Shown here: piece by piece, positions 9,105 through 19,063 of the stretch
Numbering within the stretch: the first letter of the stretch is position 1
Layout: the number at the start of each line of letters is the position of its first letter
DNA from: Thermoplasmatota archaeon
Lineage (GTDB): Archaea > Thermoplasmatota > Poseidoniia > Poseidoniales > Thalassarchaeaceae
Direction: 5' to 3'
Length of the DNA: 64,000 bases
Assembly (NCBI GenBank): GCA_036336595.1
Contig: JAYZFV010000056.1
Span: forward strand, 907 to 64,906
Translations under genes and position numbers: made by a program
The notes under the pieces: generated by a model
Databases searched by the model: none
The model's input: the letters and a program-made list of their open reading frames with translations, nothing else
What the model was told of the DNA's origin: nothing

Positions 9105-10622
9105 TCAACTCAGGAGCAGCGTCGAGTTCCCCCCGGGTGGGAGGGGCTCCAGGTAGCCCAAGTCCCCGTACAGCGCCGGCCCCTCCGTCAGGGTCCCTAT
9201 CACCGCCTCCTCGAAGCCAGCGGCGTTGTGCGCGAGCGCGATCCAGGGCCTGCCCCCGTCATCGAGCTCGACGTCGATGAAGTCCCCGAAGCCGCCGCAC
9301 CGTATGTTGCCGCAGTCCGGGCCGGTGTCCAGGGGGTCGTCGGGGTGGTTGACCGCCACGCTCGTGATCAGCGGGCGCTCGGCGAAGGCGTCGGTCATGA
9401 TCGCCATGTAGCCGGACCAGCCGCCCGTGCTGGTGTTCTCGTCGTAGTTGCTCGACTCGCCTATGTAGCCCAGGACGACCCTGCCCTCGGCCCCGGCGAA
9501 GACCGTCGGAAAACCCGTCTCGTTGACCCCTGGGGCTGCCACCATCATCGGCGGGCTCCAGGTCTCGCCCTGGTCACGGGAGTTGGCGTACCACGGCATC
9601 AGGTCGTCCCCGATCCAGGTCGCGTGGACGTTGCCCCCGTCGTCCACCGCCGTCGCGACCTCGTGCGAGTGCCACCCGTCCTGCATGCCGACCTCGGTGG
9701 TGATCGTGTGCTCGCTCCAGGAGTACCCGCCGTCCAGAGAGCGGTAGACCGCCGGGCCCTCGCACGACGGGTTGCCCCGGTAGACTGCCCCGTCTATCCC
9801 CCCTGCCACGTGGCCGTGCAGGCCCGAGCACTGCGGGAAGCTGCTGCTCGGGTAGCCCAGCCTCTGGACGTCCCACGACAGCCCGCCGTTGAGAGAGCGC
9901 GAGCACTGGGCGCCGAGGGCTGGGGACCCGGTGTTGATGCAGTACACGTAGATGACGTCGTGGAACGCCGTGACCCCCGGAGGCGGGGGCATCGAGGCTA
10001 TGCTCTGGTGGTCCTGCGTGACGTAGTAGCCCTCGACGGGGTAGGGGATGCTCCAGCTGTCGCCGTCGTTGTCGGAGTACTCGACGAACATGGCGGCCAG
10101 CGCGTGCATGTCGAACTTGACCAGCCTGTCCGTGAACTTGTCGACGTAGATGTACGGGTCGTTCGAGTTGGGCGTCTGCCCCGAGTCCTCGTCGATCTGT
10201 CCGAAGGGGCCTACGTCCTCCCAGGTCTGGCCATTGTCCCTCGAGCGGATTATGTGCGTGCCGTCCCCGAGGCCGTTCCACTGGGTGAAGAATATGGCAC
10301 CAGAAGAGGTGACGCCGATGGTCGGCTCGAAAGTGTCGTACCCTGTCCCGTAGTAAGTGGCGTTGGCGAAGTACGGCGTGCTGTTGCCAGTCAGGTCGGC
10401 AGTGATGTTGGCCGCAGAGACCGCCCCTGCGCTGGTGGCGTCCACCGGCCAGGGCTCGGCGACCGTCCCAGGATAGTGGTACCACGTGGTGATTGGGACC
10501 TGCTGGTCGAATTCGAAGGCCCCCCTTTCCTCCTCGGTGACCTCCTCGTCCTCCCACCACATGCACCCCGTCGCCATCGAGCTCAGCATCAGCAGGGAGA
10601 GCAGTTGAGCGGTCTTGGCCAC
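9105..10622 (-). CDS. Predicted lipoprotein with BNR/Asp-box repeats, tandem paralog of 7599-9059
   Basis: GTG start at 10622, signal ending ATGC. Asp-boxes SRDNGQTW, SDNDGDSW, SLNGGLSW, SLDGGYSW, SRDQGETW. Shares TFEPTIGVTSS, SNDPYxYVD, KFDMHAL, QDHQ and RCGGFGDF with its neighbour. Confidence 0.75.
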   Translation of the reverse strand: MAKTAQLLSLLMLSSMATGCMWWEDEEVTEEERGAFEFDQQVPITTWYHYPGTVAEPWPVDATSAGAVSAANITADLTGNSTPYFANATYYGTGYDTFEPTIGVTSSGAIFFTQWNGLGDGTHIIRSRDNGQTWEDVGPFGQIDEDSGQTPNSNDPYIYVDKFTDRLVKFDMHALAAMFVEYSDNDGDSWSIPYPVEGYYVTQDHQSIASMPPPPGVTAFHDVIYVYCINTGSPALGAQCSRSLNGGLSWDVQRLGYPSSSFPQCSGLHGHVAGGIDGAVYRGNPSCEGPAVYRSLDGGYSWSEHTITTEVGMQDGWHSHEVATAVDDGGNVHATWIGDDLMPWYANSRDQGETWSPPMMVAAPGVNETGFPTVFAGAEGRVVLGYIGESSNYDENTSTGGWSGYMAIMTDAFAERPLITSVAVNHPDDPLDTGPDCGNIRCGGFGDFIDVELDDGGRPWIALAHNAAGFEEAVIGTLTEGPALYGDLGYLEPLPPGGNSTLLLS

Positions 10623-10645
10623 GGGTTCCCGTAACCGCCTTCGTT

Positions 10646-11677
10646 CTAAATCCAACCGTTCTCGATGACTGGGGGCACGCTCCCCAGGACCGCCTCCTCC
10701 GGCGTCCTCCACCTCATGCCCAGGTCCCTCTCTGCGGGAGAAGCGTCCCAGAACAGCCGCTTGTTCAGATGCGCTCTGGCCCACGAGAGGGTGATCCTCG
10801 GATGGAACAGCGAGACCACTAGGGACAGCGAGTAGGGGATTTGGAGGGTGGGGATCCTGAGGTCCGGGTGCGAGGACTTCAGCGCCCTTGCGATCTCCTT
10901 GAACCACATCTGCCCCGAGACCGTCAGGTAGCGACCGGCGTCCTCGCCCATGGTCAGCGCCCTAACGTGCGCCTCTGCCACGTCTCGCACGTCCACGATG
11001 CTGACGTGCATCGGGATGACGAACGGAATCTCCCTCCTCAGCAGGGTCATGATGAACGACACGCTGCCCCTCAGATGCCTCTTGCTCAGTGGTGGCCCGA
11101 ACACAATGCAGGGATTGATTGTGACCATGCGTGGTCTGGATGCCGGGTCCTTAGCAGAGTGCCAGTCTCTTACCAGCCGCTCTGCGGAGAACTTGGCGAG
11201 CCCGTACGGATTGCCTTCTAGGGTAGCATCGTCTGCCCACGTCTCGGTGGTCAGGGTCTGACCGTCCTGCCAATGCATCGGCCTAATCGCGGCCGTTGAG
11301 GAGGTATGGATGAGGCTCTCGACGCTCCCCGACCCATCGATCGAATCTAGCACGTTCTGCGTGCCGATCACGCTAGGGTCGACGATTTGGCTCTGCGGCT
11401 TCTTCGCAGAGATTCTGACGGCCGCCGCCGTGTGTATCACCTCGGAGCATCCCTCTACGGCCTTGCTCACGGAGTCGGCGTCCAGCAGGTCCATCTCGAC
11501 TATCTCGAGGCTGCCTCCATCGGTCACCTCCATGGCTCCTAGGTGCTCTATCTGGCTCGGGTCGGAGGCATCCCTCACGGTGGCCCTCACGTTCCTGCCT
11601 CTGGTCAGAAGGTTAGCCACAACGTGGCTGCCGATGTAGCCGCTGGCCCCGGTAACCACAACGGCCCTTGAGGTCAC
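10646..11677 (-). CDS. Extended SDR, NAD(P)-dependent epimerase/dehydratase (aldehyde/dihydroflavonol reductase-like)
   Basis: VTGASGYIG, TSS, YGLAK (YxxxK), VDVRDVAEAH. Confidence 0.88.
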   Translation of the reverse strand: MTSRAVVVTGASGYIGSHVVANLLTRGRNVRATVRDASDPSQIEHLGAMEVTDGGSLEIVEMDLLDADSVSKAVEGCSEVIHTAAAVRISAKKPQSQIVDPSVIGTQNVLDSIDGSGSVESLIHTSSTAAIRPMHWQDGQTLTTETWADDATLEGNPYGLAKFSAERLVRDWHSAKDPASRPRMVTINPCIVFGPPLSKRHLRGSVSFIMTLLRREIPFVIPMHVSIVDVRDVAEAHVRALTMGEDAGRYLTVSGQMWFKEIARALKSSHPDLRIPTLQIPYSLSLVVSLFHPRITLSWARAHLNKRLFWDASPAERDLGMRWRTPEEAVLGSVPPVIENGWI

Positions 11678-11696
11678 GCTCTAACCCCATTCATGC

Positions 11697-13964
11697 CTAC
11701 CGGGCTGTCTCCGCGCCCCCTTTGTCTTTACCGGTGAAAGGAAGGCTTGGTGACCACCAGTTCGCCTCGCCCATCAGCCTCATCGCCGATGGGACCACTA
11801 TCGCTCTGACTATGGTAGCGTCGATCAGCACGGCTACCGCTAGGGCGAACCCGAGAGACTTGATGATCATGACATCGGCTAGGATGAAGCCGGAGAACAC
11901 AGCTACCATGATTGCCGCAGCGCCGGTGATCAGCCCCCCGCTAGCCTGCAGACCCTCAGAGACTGCCCTTGTGTTGTCCCCCGTCTCGATCCAAGCCTCG
12001 TGTATCCTCGAAAGCATCAGAACCTCGTAGTCCATCGACAGGCCGAAGGCGATCCCGAACAACAGGGGTGGCACCATGTAGTCTATCGGCTGCGCTGTGA
12101 AGTTCATGACCTCATCTAGGCCCATGAATCCCTCCTGGAAGACTAGGACGACTAGCCCGTAGGAGGCCGCTATTGAGAAGATGTTCATCACGACGGCCTT
12201 GATTGGGACCAGTACCGAGCGGACCTGGAACCAGATAAGCAGCATTGTCAGCGTGAGGACCAGTGCCACCACGGTCGGGACTCTCTCCACGAGGTGGTCC
12301 CGCATATCGACCTCGTATCCGGACCAGCCACCGACGAGAATCTCCTGATTGCTGTCGCTGGCGACGCTCCTTATTGACCGGACAAGCCTTTCCGAGCCGT
12401 CCGAGCTGGAATTGTACTGAGTAGCCACGGAGATCATGACCAGAGTGTCCGATCTGGTGCTCGCCCATGCCTCCTGCGCCTCTGCCGGCCAGTCGCTGAG
12501 TGGTGCTACGAACAGCTCTGGCGTGCAGTAGGGGGAGTTGGCTGAGATGACCCCATCTAGAAACTCGACCTCGACGCAGAACTCCGATATGCTAGACACG
12601 AGTCCGGCATCAAACGGGTCCTGCCCATCCCCAAGGACCACCACGACCGGCATGCTGCTTGCCTGAAAGGCCGGGAACTCCCGCTCCAGCTCCTCATAGG
12701 CCATCCTCGACTCCAGATCAGGAGGGAGGGTCCCGATGCCGCCCGCGTTGAACTCCGCGCTGAGGCTCGGCGCGCCCAGGAGGAGGAGGAGCAAGACGGA
12801 GGGAGCGAGCCAGCTCCACGGCCTGTCCATGACCTTTGTCGCGAAGTCTCTCCAGAAGCCCTCCCTACTCCATGTTTCGGGCACCGGTACCCTCAGGTCG
12901 TTTACACGATCTCCGAGCATGCAGAGTATAGCAGGTAGCACCGTGAGCGAGTAAATTAGGGCGAACGCGACGGCTACGGCCCCACCGAAGCCCATCGAGG
13001 GCATGTGAGTGGCGTTGAAGTAGAACAGGCTGCACAGCCCGACGGCGACTGTGGCGCCCGAGTAGAGCACCGCCCTCCCTGCGGTATCCATCATCTTCGC
13101 AACGGCATCTCGTTCGCTCGAGCCATTGGACAGCTCCTCCTTGAAGCGACTTACAATGAACAGGCTGTAGTCGATAGTCACGGCGATGCCAATAAGCGAG
13201 ACCATGCTAACCGTCCACTGGGTGAGGTCCAAGACCCCCTTGTCCGAGAACCAGTAGGTGAAACCTAGAGAGGACACGAACATCAGACCAGCAGTCAGCA
13301 TCGGTAGCGAGGCTGCCACTAGGGTGGCGAACACGAAGACGAGGATGACTAGTGAAAGGGGAATTCCGAAGATCTCAGCCCTCACAGTGTCATCCTTGAG
13401 CAACTTGTCGAAGTCGTCGTTGATGATCAGACTCCCAGTGACCCAAATTTCGAGGTCGCCACTGTCAACTATTACTCTCAGCTGGTCGACGTGACCCCTC
13501 ACCTCGTCTTCAGACCCGTCGATGGTGACGAACACTGCGGTGGAGAGCCCGTCATTGGAGACGTGCTGCGCTATGGCGTGGGGATCCTGTGGATTCTGGT
13601 AGACAGAGCTGACGCCCATTATACCGATCGAGCTGTCTAGTAGGGGTTGCAGTGCTGCTTCAACCGCCCGCTCGTACTCTGGAGCACTCCAAGCCATGGT
13701 CTCGTGCGAGAACAGGTAGGTGACGACGTTGGAGTCAACCACAGGAAGCTCCTCAGACACCAGTTCCAGAGCCCGTCCGGACTCAGATTTTGGTGGTGGG
13801 TTGTTACCGTCGATGAATGAGCTGCCGCCTGATATTAGGATGCCAGACAGCAGCACTGACAGGATTCCCAGGGAGAGCACCGCTCGCTGGTGGTCATACA
13901 GAGCCTCACCGAAGCGGTGTAGTGCGGAATCATCACCCATGGGCGCCCGGCCGACTAACCCCAT
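11697..13964 (-). CDS. MMPL-family (RND) transporter
   Basis: Two repeats of TM + extracellular loop + 5 TM. Asp-Tyr motifs IDYSLFIVSRFKEE and MDYEVLMLSRIHE. DATIVRAIVVP...GEANWW. Confidence 0.9.
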   Translation of the reverse strand: MGLVGRAPMGDDSALHRFGEALYDHQRAVLSLGILSVLLSGILISGGSSFIDGNNPPPKSESGRALELVSEELPVVDSNVVTYLFSHETMAWSAPEYERAVEAALQPLLDSSIGIMGVSSVYQNPQDPHAIAQHVSNDGLSTAVFVTIDGSEDEVRGHVDQLRVIVDSGDLEIWVTGSLIINDDFDKLLKDDTVRAEIFGIPLSLVILVFVFATLVAASLPMLTAGLMFVSSLGFTYWFSDKGVLDLTQWTVSMVSLIGIAVTIDYSLFIVSRFKEELSNGSSERDAVAKMMDTAGRAVLYSGATVAVGLCSLFYFNATHMPSMGFGGAVAVAFALIYSLTVLPAILCMLGDRVNDLRVPVPETWSREGFWRDFATKVMDRPWSWLAPSVLLLLLLGAPSLSAEFNAGGIGTLPPDLESRMAYEELEREFPAFQASSMPVVVVLGDGQDPFDAGLVSSISEFCVEVEFLDGVISANSPYCTPELFVAPLSDWPAEAQEAWASTRSDTLVMISVATQYNSSSDGSERLVRSIRSVASDSNQEILVGGWSGYEVDMRDHLVERVPTVVALVLTLTMLLIWFQVRSVLVPIKAVVMNIFSIAASYGLVVLVFQEGFMGLDEVMNFTAQPIDYMVPPLLFGIAFGLSMDYEVLMLSRIHEAWIETGDNTRAVSEGLQASGGLITGAAAIMVAVFSGFILADVMIIKSLGFALAVAVLIDATIVRAIVVPSAMRLMGEANWWSPSLPFTGKDKGGAETAR

Positions 13965-13975
13965 TTAATTCGATT

Positions 13976-14770
13976 TCAGTCGCCTCTACAAAGCTCAGCC
14001 ACCGAGCTCACTGTTAGTGACGGCCTCTGGTTGGCCGAAGCGGCGTCCTGCGCAGTCGCTTCGCCACTCAGTACCAGTATACCGTGGACCCCCGACCTCT
14101 CTGCCATCTCCATGTCTGTGTACAACCGATCACCGACCATCGCGCACTGATTGGCAGCGAGCCCGAGCTCCTCTATCTTGTGCAGTATCATTCCCGCGTT
14201 CGGCTTGCCGCAGACATGAGTTGGGCTGACACCCGTTGTAGCCTCGAACAGAGCCATGTATGCCCCCGAGTCGGGGAGTCCGCCATCGGGGGAGGGGCAC
14301 ACCAGATCAGGGTGGCTGGCCACTAGGGGCACTCCGTTGTGCAGGTGTACCGAAGCGGTCGCTATCTTCTCGTAGGTGATCTCGGTATCATACCCTAGAA
14401 TGACGTACTGAGGGGTTTCAGAACGTGTCCCGATGCCAGCTTCCTCAAGCATCTCTCGCATCCCCTCCGTTCCTACGAGATAGCCTTCTGTGATGCCCTC
14501 GGAGGATAGCCAGGACAGTAGGTCGTGAGTCGAGAGGAGCACCTCGTCCTCGGAGGCCGTGATGCCGAGCCCATGCAGCTTCTCGAGGTACTGGGAGACC
14601 GATCTGCTGGAGTTGTTGGAGAGGAAGTACCTGCGGATGCCCCGCGCCTCCAATCTGGATAGGAACTCCAGCGCCCCATCGACGAGGCTCCCACCTAGGT
14701 AGAGGGTCCCATCGAGGTCGAGGAAGGCGGCTTCAATCCCATCGAGAGATTCGTCGAGCGCCTCGGTCAT
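13976..14770 (-). CDS. HAD-IIA (NagD-like) phosphatase
   Basis: FLDLDGTLY, SNNS, GKPN, VGDRLYTD. Confidence 0.9.
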   Translation of the reverse strand: MTEALDESLDGIEAAFLDLDGTLYLGGSLVDGALEFLSRLEARGIRRYFLSNNSSRSVSQYLEKLHGLGITASEDEVLLSTHDLLSWLSSEGITEGYLVGTEGMREMLEEAGIGTRSETPQYVILGYDTEITYEKIATASVHLHNGVPLVASHPDLVCPSPDGGLPDSGAYMALFEATTGVSPTHVCGKPNAGMILHKIEELGLAANQCAMVGDRLYTDMEMAERSGVHGILVLSGEATAQDAASANQRPSLTVSSVAELCRGD

Positions 14771-14779
14771 CAGTTCACC

Positions 14780-16138
14780 TCATGGAAGGAGCAGCGTCTT
14801 GGCGAGGAACCACGGGCTCCATAGCACCTTGGACGCCTCCTTGTCGGCGATCATGCCCGTTAACATGTCTGCCAGCTCCTCCTTGCGCGAGGCCTTTCCG
14901 AAGAACCAGTTCATCAGCCACTTCCGCTTGGCAAGGCGCTGTAGCCTGTAGGAGTTGCTCAACTCCTTGCCCAGGGTGCCCCACAGCTCCTCCATGTAGG
15001 CGACGGCAACCTCTTCGGGGAAGCCCCCGGCGTGAGCGTCCTTGTCGAAGTGCTTGGAGGCCAGCTTCGCGGAAACGAGGCCATTGCCTATCCCCTCCCC
15101 GGTGAAGGGGTCGACGAGGCTGGCAGCGTCCCCGACGCACATCGCCCCCGCAGTCGCCGCGCGTCTGGGTTGGTAGGACGGCGACTCCTTCCTCGGTGAG
15201 CCGAATGGCAGTTGCCAGCCCTTTTGGGAACCGGGGACGAGGCTCGAGTTGGCGAAGCGCTCCTTGAACCGAGGATGCTCTTCAATGACCCACTTCTGCA
15301 TCTTCTTGAGCGATTTCTTCATGCCCGTCTGCTTGCGCTGTTCGGAGATGACCATGCCAATGCCTACGTTGACCACTCCCTCCTTCACCGGGAAGAGCCA
15401 GAAGTATCCGGGATTCACCGCGTCCACGAAGTGGATCTCGATCGGACCCTCGCTGCCCTCGAAGCCCTCGACGTTCTCCCAGTACTCTCGATAGGCGCCG
15501 CAGTAGTGCTCGTCATCGCGCATGGTCTCGCCGTGAATGACCTCGGTGACAGTCTTCGCCACCGGGCAGTTGTAGCCGCCAGCGCCCACGGTCAGAGGCG
15601 CCTTGAACGAGAGCGACGGATTGGTGGAGTGCCTACCCCCCAATCGTCCGGCGATGCCTGTGACGCGCATGTACTCAGTCGACACGTCCATCACGCTGAA
15701 ACCTTGGATTACCGCGCCACCTGCCTCAAGGACCAATTCGGTGGCGCGCTTGAACATCATGTAGTCGAACTGCACTCTCGGTAGCGAGTATCCTGCCATC
15801 TTCTTCTCAAACTCCTCCTTGGGCAGCATCACCCTGACCGCGCTGCCGTTGGCGCTGCCGAAGATGATCGAGTCCACTCGGAAGTGAGGCGTGCCCTCGA
15901 TCATCGCCTTCACTCCGAGCTCCTCGACGTGTGATAGCGACTTTCCTCCCACTGCATCCCCGCATGGCTTGTCTCTGGGCCAGGTTTCCTTCTCTATGAG
16001 CAGGACCTTGCAACCGTTCATGGCGTTGTACGCCGCTGCGGCGGAGCCGCACGGCCCACCACCGACCACGATCACATCGAAGCTCGCCCCGTCAGGCGGC
16101 ACCTCGCCGGTGTCGATGGGCCCTTCCCATGATTCCAT
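14780..16138 (-). CDS. Geranylgeranyl reductase-family flavoprotein
   Basis: GGGPCG, PRDKPCG, PGYFWLFP (PxxYxWxFP-like), VGDAASLVDPFTGEGI. Confidence 0.88.
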   Translation of the reverse strand: MESWEGPIDTGEVPPDGASFDVIVVGGGPCGSAAAAYNAMNGCKVLLIEKETWPRDKPCGDAVGGKSLSHVEELGVKAMIEGTPHFRVDSIIFGSANGSAVRVMLPKEEFEKKMAGYSLPRVQFDYMMFKRATELVLEAGGAVIQGFSVMDVSTEYMRVTGIAGRLGGRHSTNPSLSFKAPLTVGAGGYNCPVAKTVTEVIHGETMRDDEHYCGAYREYWENVEGFEGSEGPIEIHFVDAVNPGYFWLFPVKEGVVNVGIGMVISEQRKQTGMKKSLKKMQKWVIEEHPRFKERFANSSLVPGSQKGWQLPFGSPRKESPSYQPRRAATAGAMCVGDAASLVDPFTGEGIGNGLVSAKLASKHFDKDAHAGGFPEEVAVAYMEELWGTLGKELSNSYRLQRLAKRKWLMNWFFGKASRKEELADMLTGMIADKEASKVLWSPWFLAKTLLLP

Positions 16139-16218
16139 GTTGTAACCAAGTGGGCCGTAGCAGCCTCCGCATTCAAATTATGCATCTAGTTGATTCGTGA
16201 CGTGCTCCTCGATGCCAC

Positions 16219-16533
16219 ATGGTCGGGGGCATATGGATCGTCCAGACAACGCTTCCCGGCGATTGGCTCGAGCCTCACGTCGGAGAGTGGTCTTCCTCCC
16301 TGGTCCAAGCGGGGCTGGCTGCTTGTGTGCAGAGGAATCGTGTGACCTCAGTCTTCCTTTGGGATGGCGCTATGGAGAGCTCCGAGGAGTGGCGCGTCCA
16401 GATTAAGACCTCAGGGACGAAGAAGGACGCACTTGTCGAGGCCATTCTCAACGGCCATCCCTACGAGACGCCACAGATTGCTTCATGGGAAGCCGAAACG
16501 ACCACCGATTACGCCGGTTGGGTTGAAGGCTGA
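16219..16533 (+). CDS. cutA: Divalent-cation tolerance protein CutA
   Basis: LAACVQ, SVFLWDG, IKT, HPYETPQI. Confidence 0.85.
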   Translation: MVGGIWIVQTTLPGDWLEPHVGEWSSSLVQAGLAACVQRNRVTSVFLWDGAMESSEEWRVQIKTSGTKKDALVEAILNGHPYETPQIASWEAETTTDYAGWVEG

Positions 16534-17244
16534 GTGCCCCAGCGTCGCCCGATGGGCGCACTGTCGTTCCTGCGCCTCGCGAAGAAGGTCCCCACCACGC
16601 GGTGGAGCGCTGAGGACCCCATGAGCATCAAGCCGCGGATGTCAACGCTCACCATTCTGATTCTGGGGGAATTCATCTTCGGCTTGGGAGACGCCATCCT
16701 GATTAAGGCGGGAATTGGCAACACTCCGTGGACGGTTCTGGCGGAGGGTATTGCAGAAGTGATCAATTGGACCATCGGAGAGGCCACCTTCCTGGTCAGC
16801 GTCGCAGTGCTCTTTCTATGGATCCCAATCAAGGAGATACCCGGAATCGGCACCATCCTGAATGCCATCATAATTGCAGGGACTATCCACATCATGGTTC
16901 CGTTGATTCCCCCGCCTGATAGCGTGGCAGTGGCATACCTTCAGGTATCCTTGGGTATCATCTTCATTGGCATTGGGAGTGCCATGTACCTCACTGCGAA
17001 TCTGGGACCCGGACCAAGGGACGGCTGGATGACTGGCATTCAGAGGGTGACGGGCATCCCCATTGGCAGGGTCCGAATCACGATTGAGATTTCCGTACTA
17101 GTGATCGGAGTCATACTCGGCGGTACCTTCGGTCCTGGCACGATACTCTTCGCGATTACTATCGGTCCTGTGGTCGCTATCTGCTTGTCAATCGCAGGCA
17201 GTTTGGGCTCACAGGATGGGTCCGACCTCAATGCCGATCAGTAG
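16534..17244 (+). CDS. YczE/YitT-family membrane protein
   Basis: GNTPWTVLAEG, PGIGTILN, LGPGPRDGWMTG, GPGTILFA. Confidence 0.8.
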   Translation: MPQRRPMGALSFLRLAKKVPTTRWSAEDPMSIKPRMSTLTILILGEFIFGLGDAILIKAGIGNTPWTVLAEGIAEVINWTIGEATFLVSVAVLFLWIPIKEIPGIGTILNAIIIAGTIHIMVPLIPPPDSVAVAYLQVSLGIIFIGIGSAMYLTANLGPGPRDGWMTGIQRVTGIPIGRVRITIEISVLVIGVILGGTFGPGTILFAITIGPVVAICLSIAGSLGSQDGSDLNADQ

Positions 17245-17922
17245 TACGATCGTGGCGAACACCGTGATGAGTATGTTGTCATCAATCGCCCCGAACTCAT
17301 AACGCTCGACGAATGTGGCCACAACGGCTGCTATCAGGCCCCAGACCGGAATCGCTGGGTCGCCCATCTGGGCGACGAACCACCCCATCGGAGCGCTGAC
17401 TATGAGCATGAACACGTTGCCAATCGGGCTCTTCGAGCGCTCGCGAATCACCAAGTTCCGCACTATTCCGGTGACACCGTCGCCGAAGGCCATGAACAGG
17501 GATGGGATGATAGCGAGCCAGGGGTCGCCAACCAGCACCCAGATCAGGGTAATCGAAGCCCACCACATGAAGGTGAACTTGACGTCGTTCTGGTTCTGGT
17601 CGGTCTGGAACCAGAACATCCTCCTACCGCTATGGTGGGCAGCGAACGTGAAAATGGTCAGCAGTATCCCGCACACGAGGGGGTACCAGTAGTCCGTGAA
17701 CAGGATCGGCACGCAGAATGAGCCGACCCCACCGCCAAGCATGTGAACCACCTTCCTGTTGTAGTAGACTGCGCGAATGTTCTCCATACCGCTAGCGACC
17801 ATCCTGTCATAGGGAATCTTGGTCACGAAGAGTATGACCATGACGTAGGCTCCCATGCCTGCGGCGTAGTACAACTGAGGATCCACAACGGCCTTCGGGC
17901 CAGCGTCCGGCCTTAACTGCAC
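17209..17922 (-). CDS. Dolichol/phytol (polyprenol) kinase-family membrane protein
   Basis: RKVVH, FMAFGDGVTG, KS, IDDNI (CTP-dependent kinase signature). Start uncertain. Confidence 0.75.
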   Translation of the reverse strand: MQLRPDAGPKAVVDPQLYYAAGMGAYVMVILFVTKIPYDRMVASGMENIRAVYYNRKVVHMLGGGVGSFCVPILFTDYWYPLVCGILLTIFTFAAHHSGRRMFWFQTDQNQNDVKFTFMWWASITLIWVLVGDPWLAIIPSLFMAFGDGVTGIVRNLVIRERSKSPIGNVFMLIVSAPMGWFVAQMGDPAIPVWGLIAAVVATFVERYEFGAIDDNILITVFATIVLLIGIEVGPIL

Positions 17923-17950
17923 ACATTAAATCGGGCAGGTTCTTGGCGGG

Positions 17951-19030
17951 ATGCGGTCAGGGCATGCCATGGAAGGTAGTGGCGTAATTCGACGCTACCG
18001 AGACTTCCTCCCCATCACGGATACGATGCCCATCATCTCGTTGAACGAAGGCAGTACCCCGCTAATCGAGGCCCAAAACATCGTCCAAGTCTTAGGCGGG
18101 GGCTTTCGCCTGTTCGTGAAGTACGAGGGCCTGAATCCCACTGGGTCGTTCAAGGATAGGGGCATGACTCTGGCGGTCTCCAAGGCCGCCGAAAGAGGCG
18201 TCCGCGCAATCGTCTGCGCCAGCACCGGGAACACCAGCGCATCGGCCGCGGCTTACGCAGCTAGGGCGGGGATGACTTGCGTGGTGCTCATTCCAGAGGG
18301 GAAGATCGCCTACGGAAAAATGGCCCAGGCACTGATTCACGGTGCAAGGACTATCGAGGTAAGGGGCAACTTCGATGACGCTCTGGAAATTGTAAGGGAA
18401 TTGGGCAAGCGAGAAGGCATTGAGGTGGTCAACAGCATCAACCCGTTCAGGATCCAAGGCCAGAAGACGGCCGCTTTCGAGGTCTGCGACTCACTCGGGA
18501 ACGCGCCGGACATGCACTTCCTACCCGTCGGCAACGCCGGCAACATCGCCTCGTACTGGATGGGTTACAAAGAGTACCATGAGGCGGGAGAGTCTTCCAA
18601 TCTACCACGTATGATGGGTTGGCAGGCAGAGGGAGCCGCCCCCATAGTGAGGGGCGAGGTGGTACAAGTGCCAGAGACCGTCGCCACGGCCATTCGAATC
18701 GGCAATCCAGCTAGCTGGAAGCAGGCTGTCGGGGCTGCCGAGGAATCCTCCGGTGCAATTGACACTGTGAGCGACGACGAGATCCTCGATGCGCACCGGA
18801 TGCTCGCTCGCTCGGAGGGCATCTTCGTAGAACCGGCATCTGCTGCGGGTATTGCCGGGATCGTCAAGAGCCACGCCGGAGGCGACATCGTCGAGGGATC
18901 GACCGTGGTAGCCACCGTAACCGGTCACGGCCTGAAGGATCCGGAGATTGCCATTGACAACGCGAAGGCCCAATCCCTGGTGGTCGACGCCAATATGGAG
19001 TCAGTATTGGCTGCAATCGAGCTGCAATGA
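17951..19030 (+). CDS. thrC: Threonine synthase
   Basis: [58 protein letters not shown]. Confidence 0.95.
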   Translation: MRSGHAMEGSGVIRRYRDFLPITDTMPIISLNEGSTPLIEAQNIVQVLGGGFRLFVKYEGLNPTGSFKDRGMTLAVSKAAERGVRAIVCASTGNTSASAAAYAARAGMTCVVLIPEGKIAYGKMAQALIHGARTIEVRGNFDDALEIVRELGKREGIEVVNSINPFRIQGQKTAAFEVCDSLGNAPDMHFLPVGNAGNIASYWMGYKEYHEAGESSNLPRMMGWQAEGAAPIVRGEVVQVPETVATAIRIGNPASWKQAVGAAEESSGAIDTVSDDEILDAHRMLARSEGIFVEPASAAGIAGIVKSHAGGDIVEGSTVVATVTGHGLKDPEIAIDNAKAQSLVVDANMESVLAAIELQ

Positions 19031-19063
19031 GCATGGTTATGGCCAACCCATCAATCCGAGCCC

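Noticed and set aside
7704..10634. 976-aa plus-strand ORF
   Set aside because: Antisense shadow of the two Asp-box lipoprotein genes. Extreme GC3 removes stops, and the product has no recognisable motifs.
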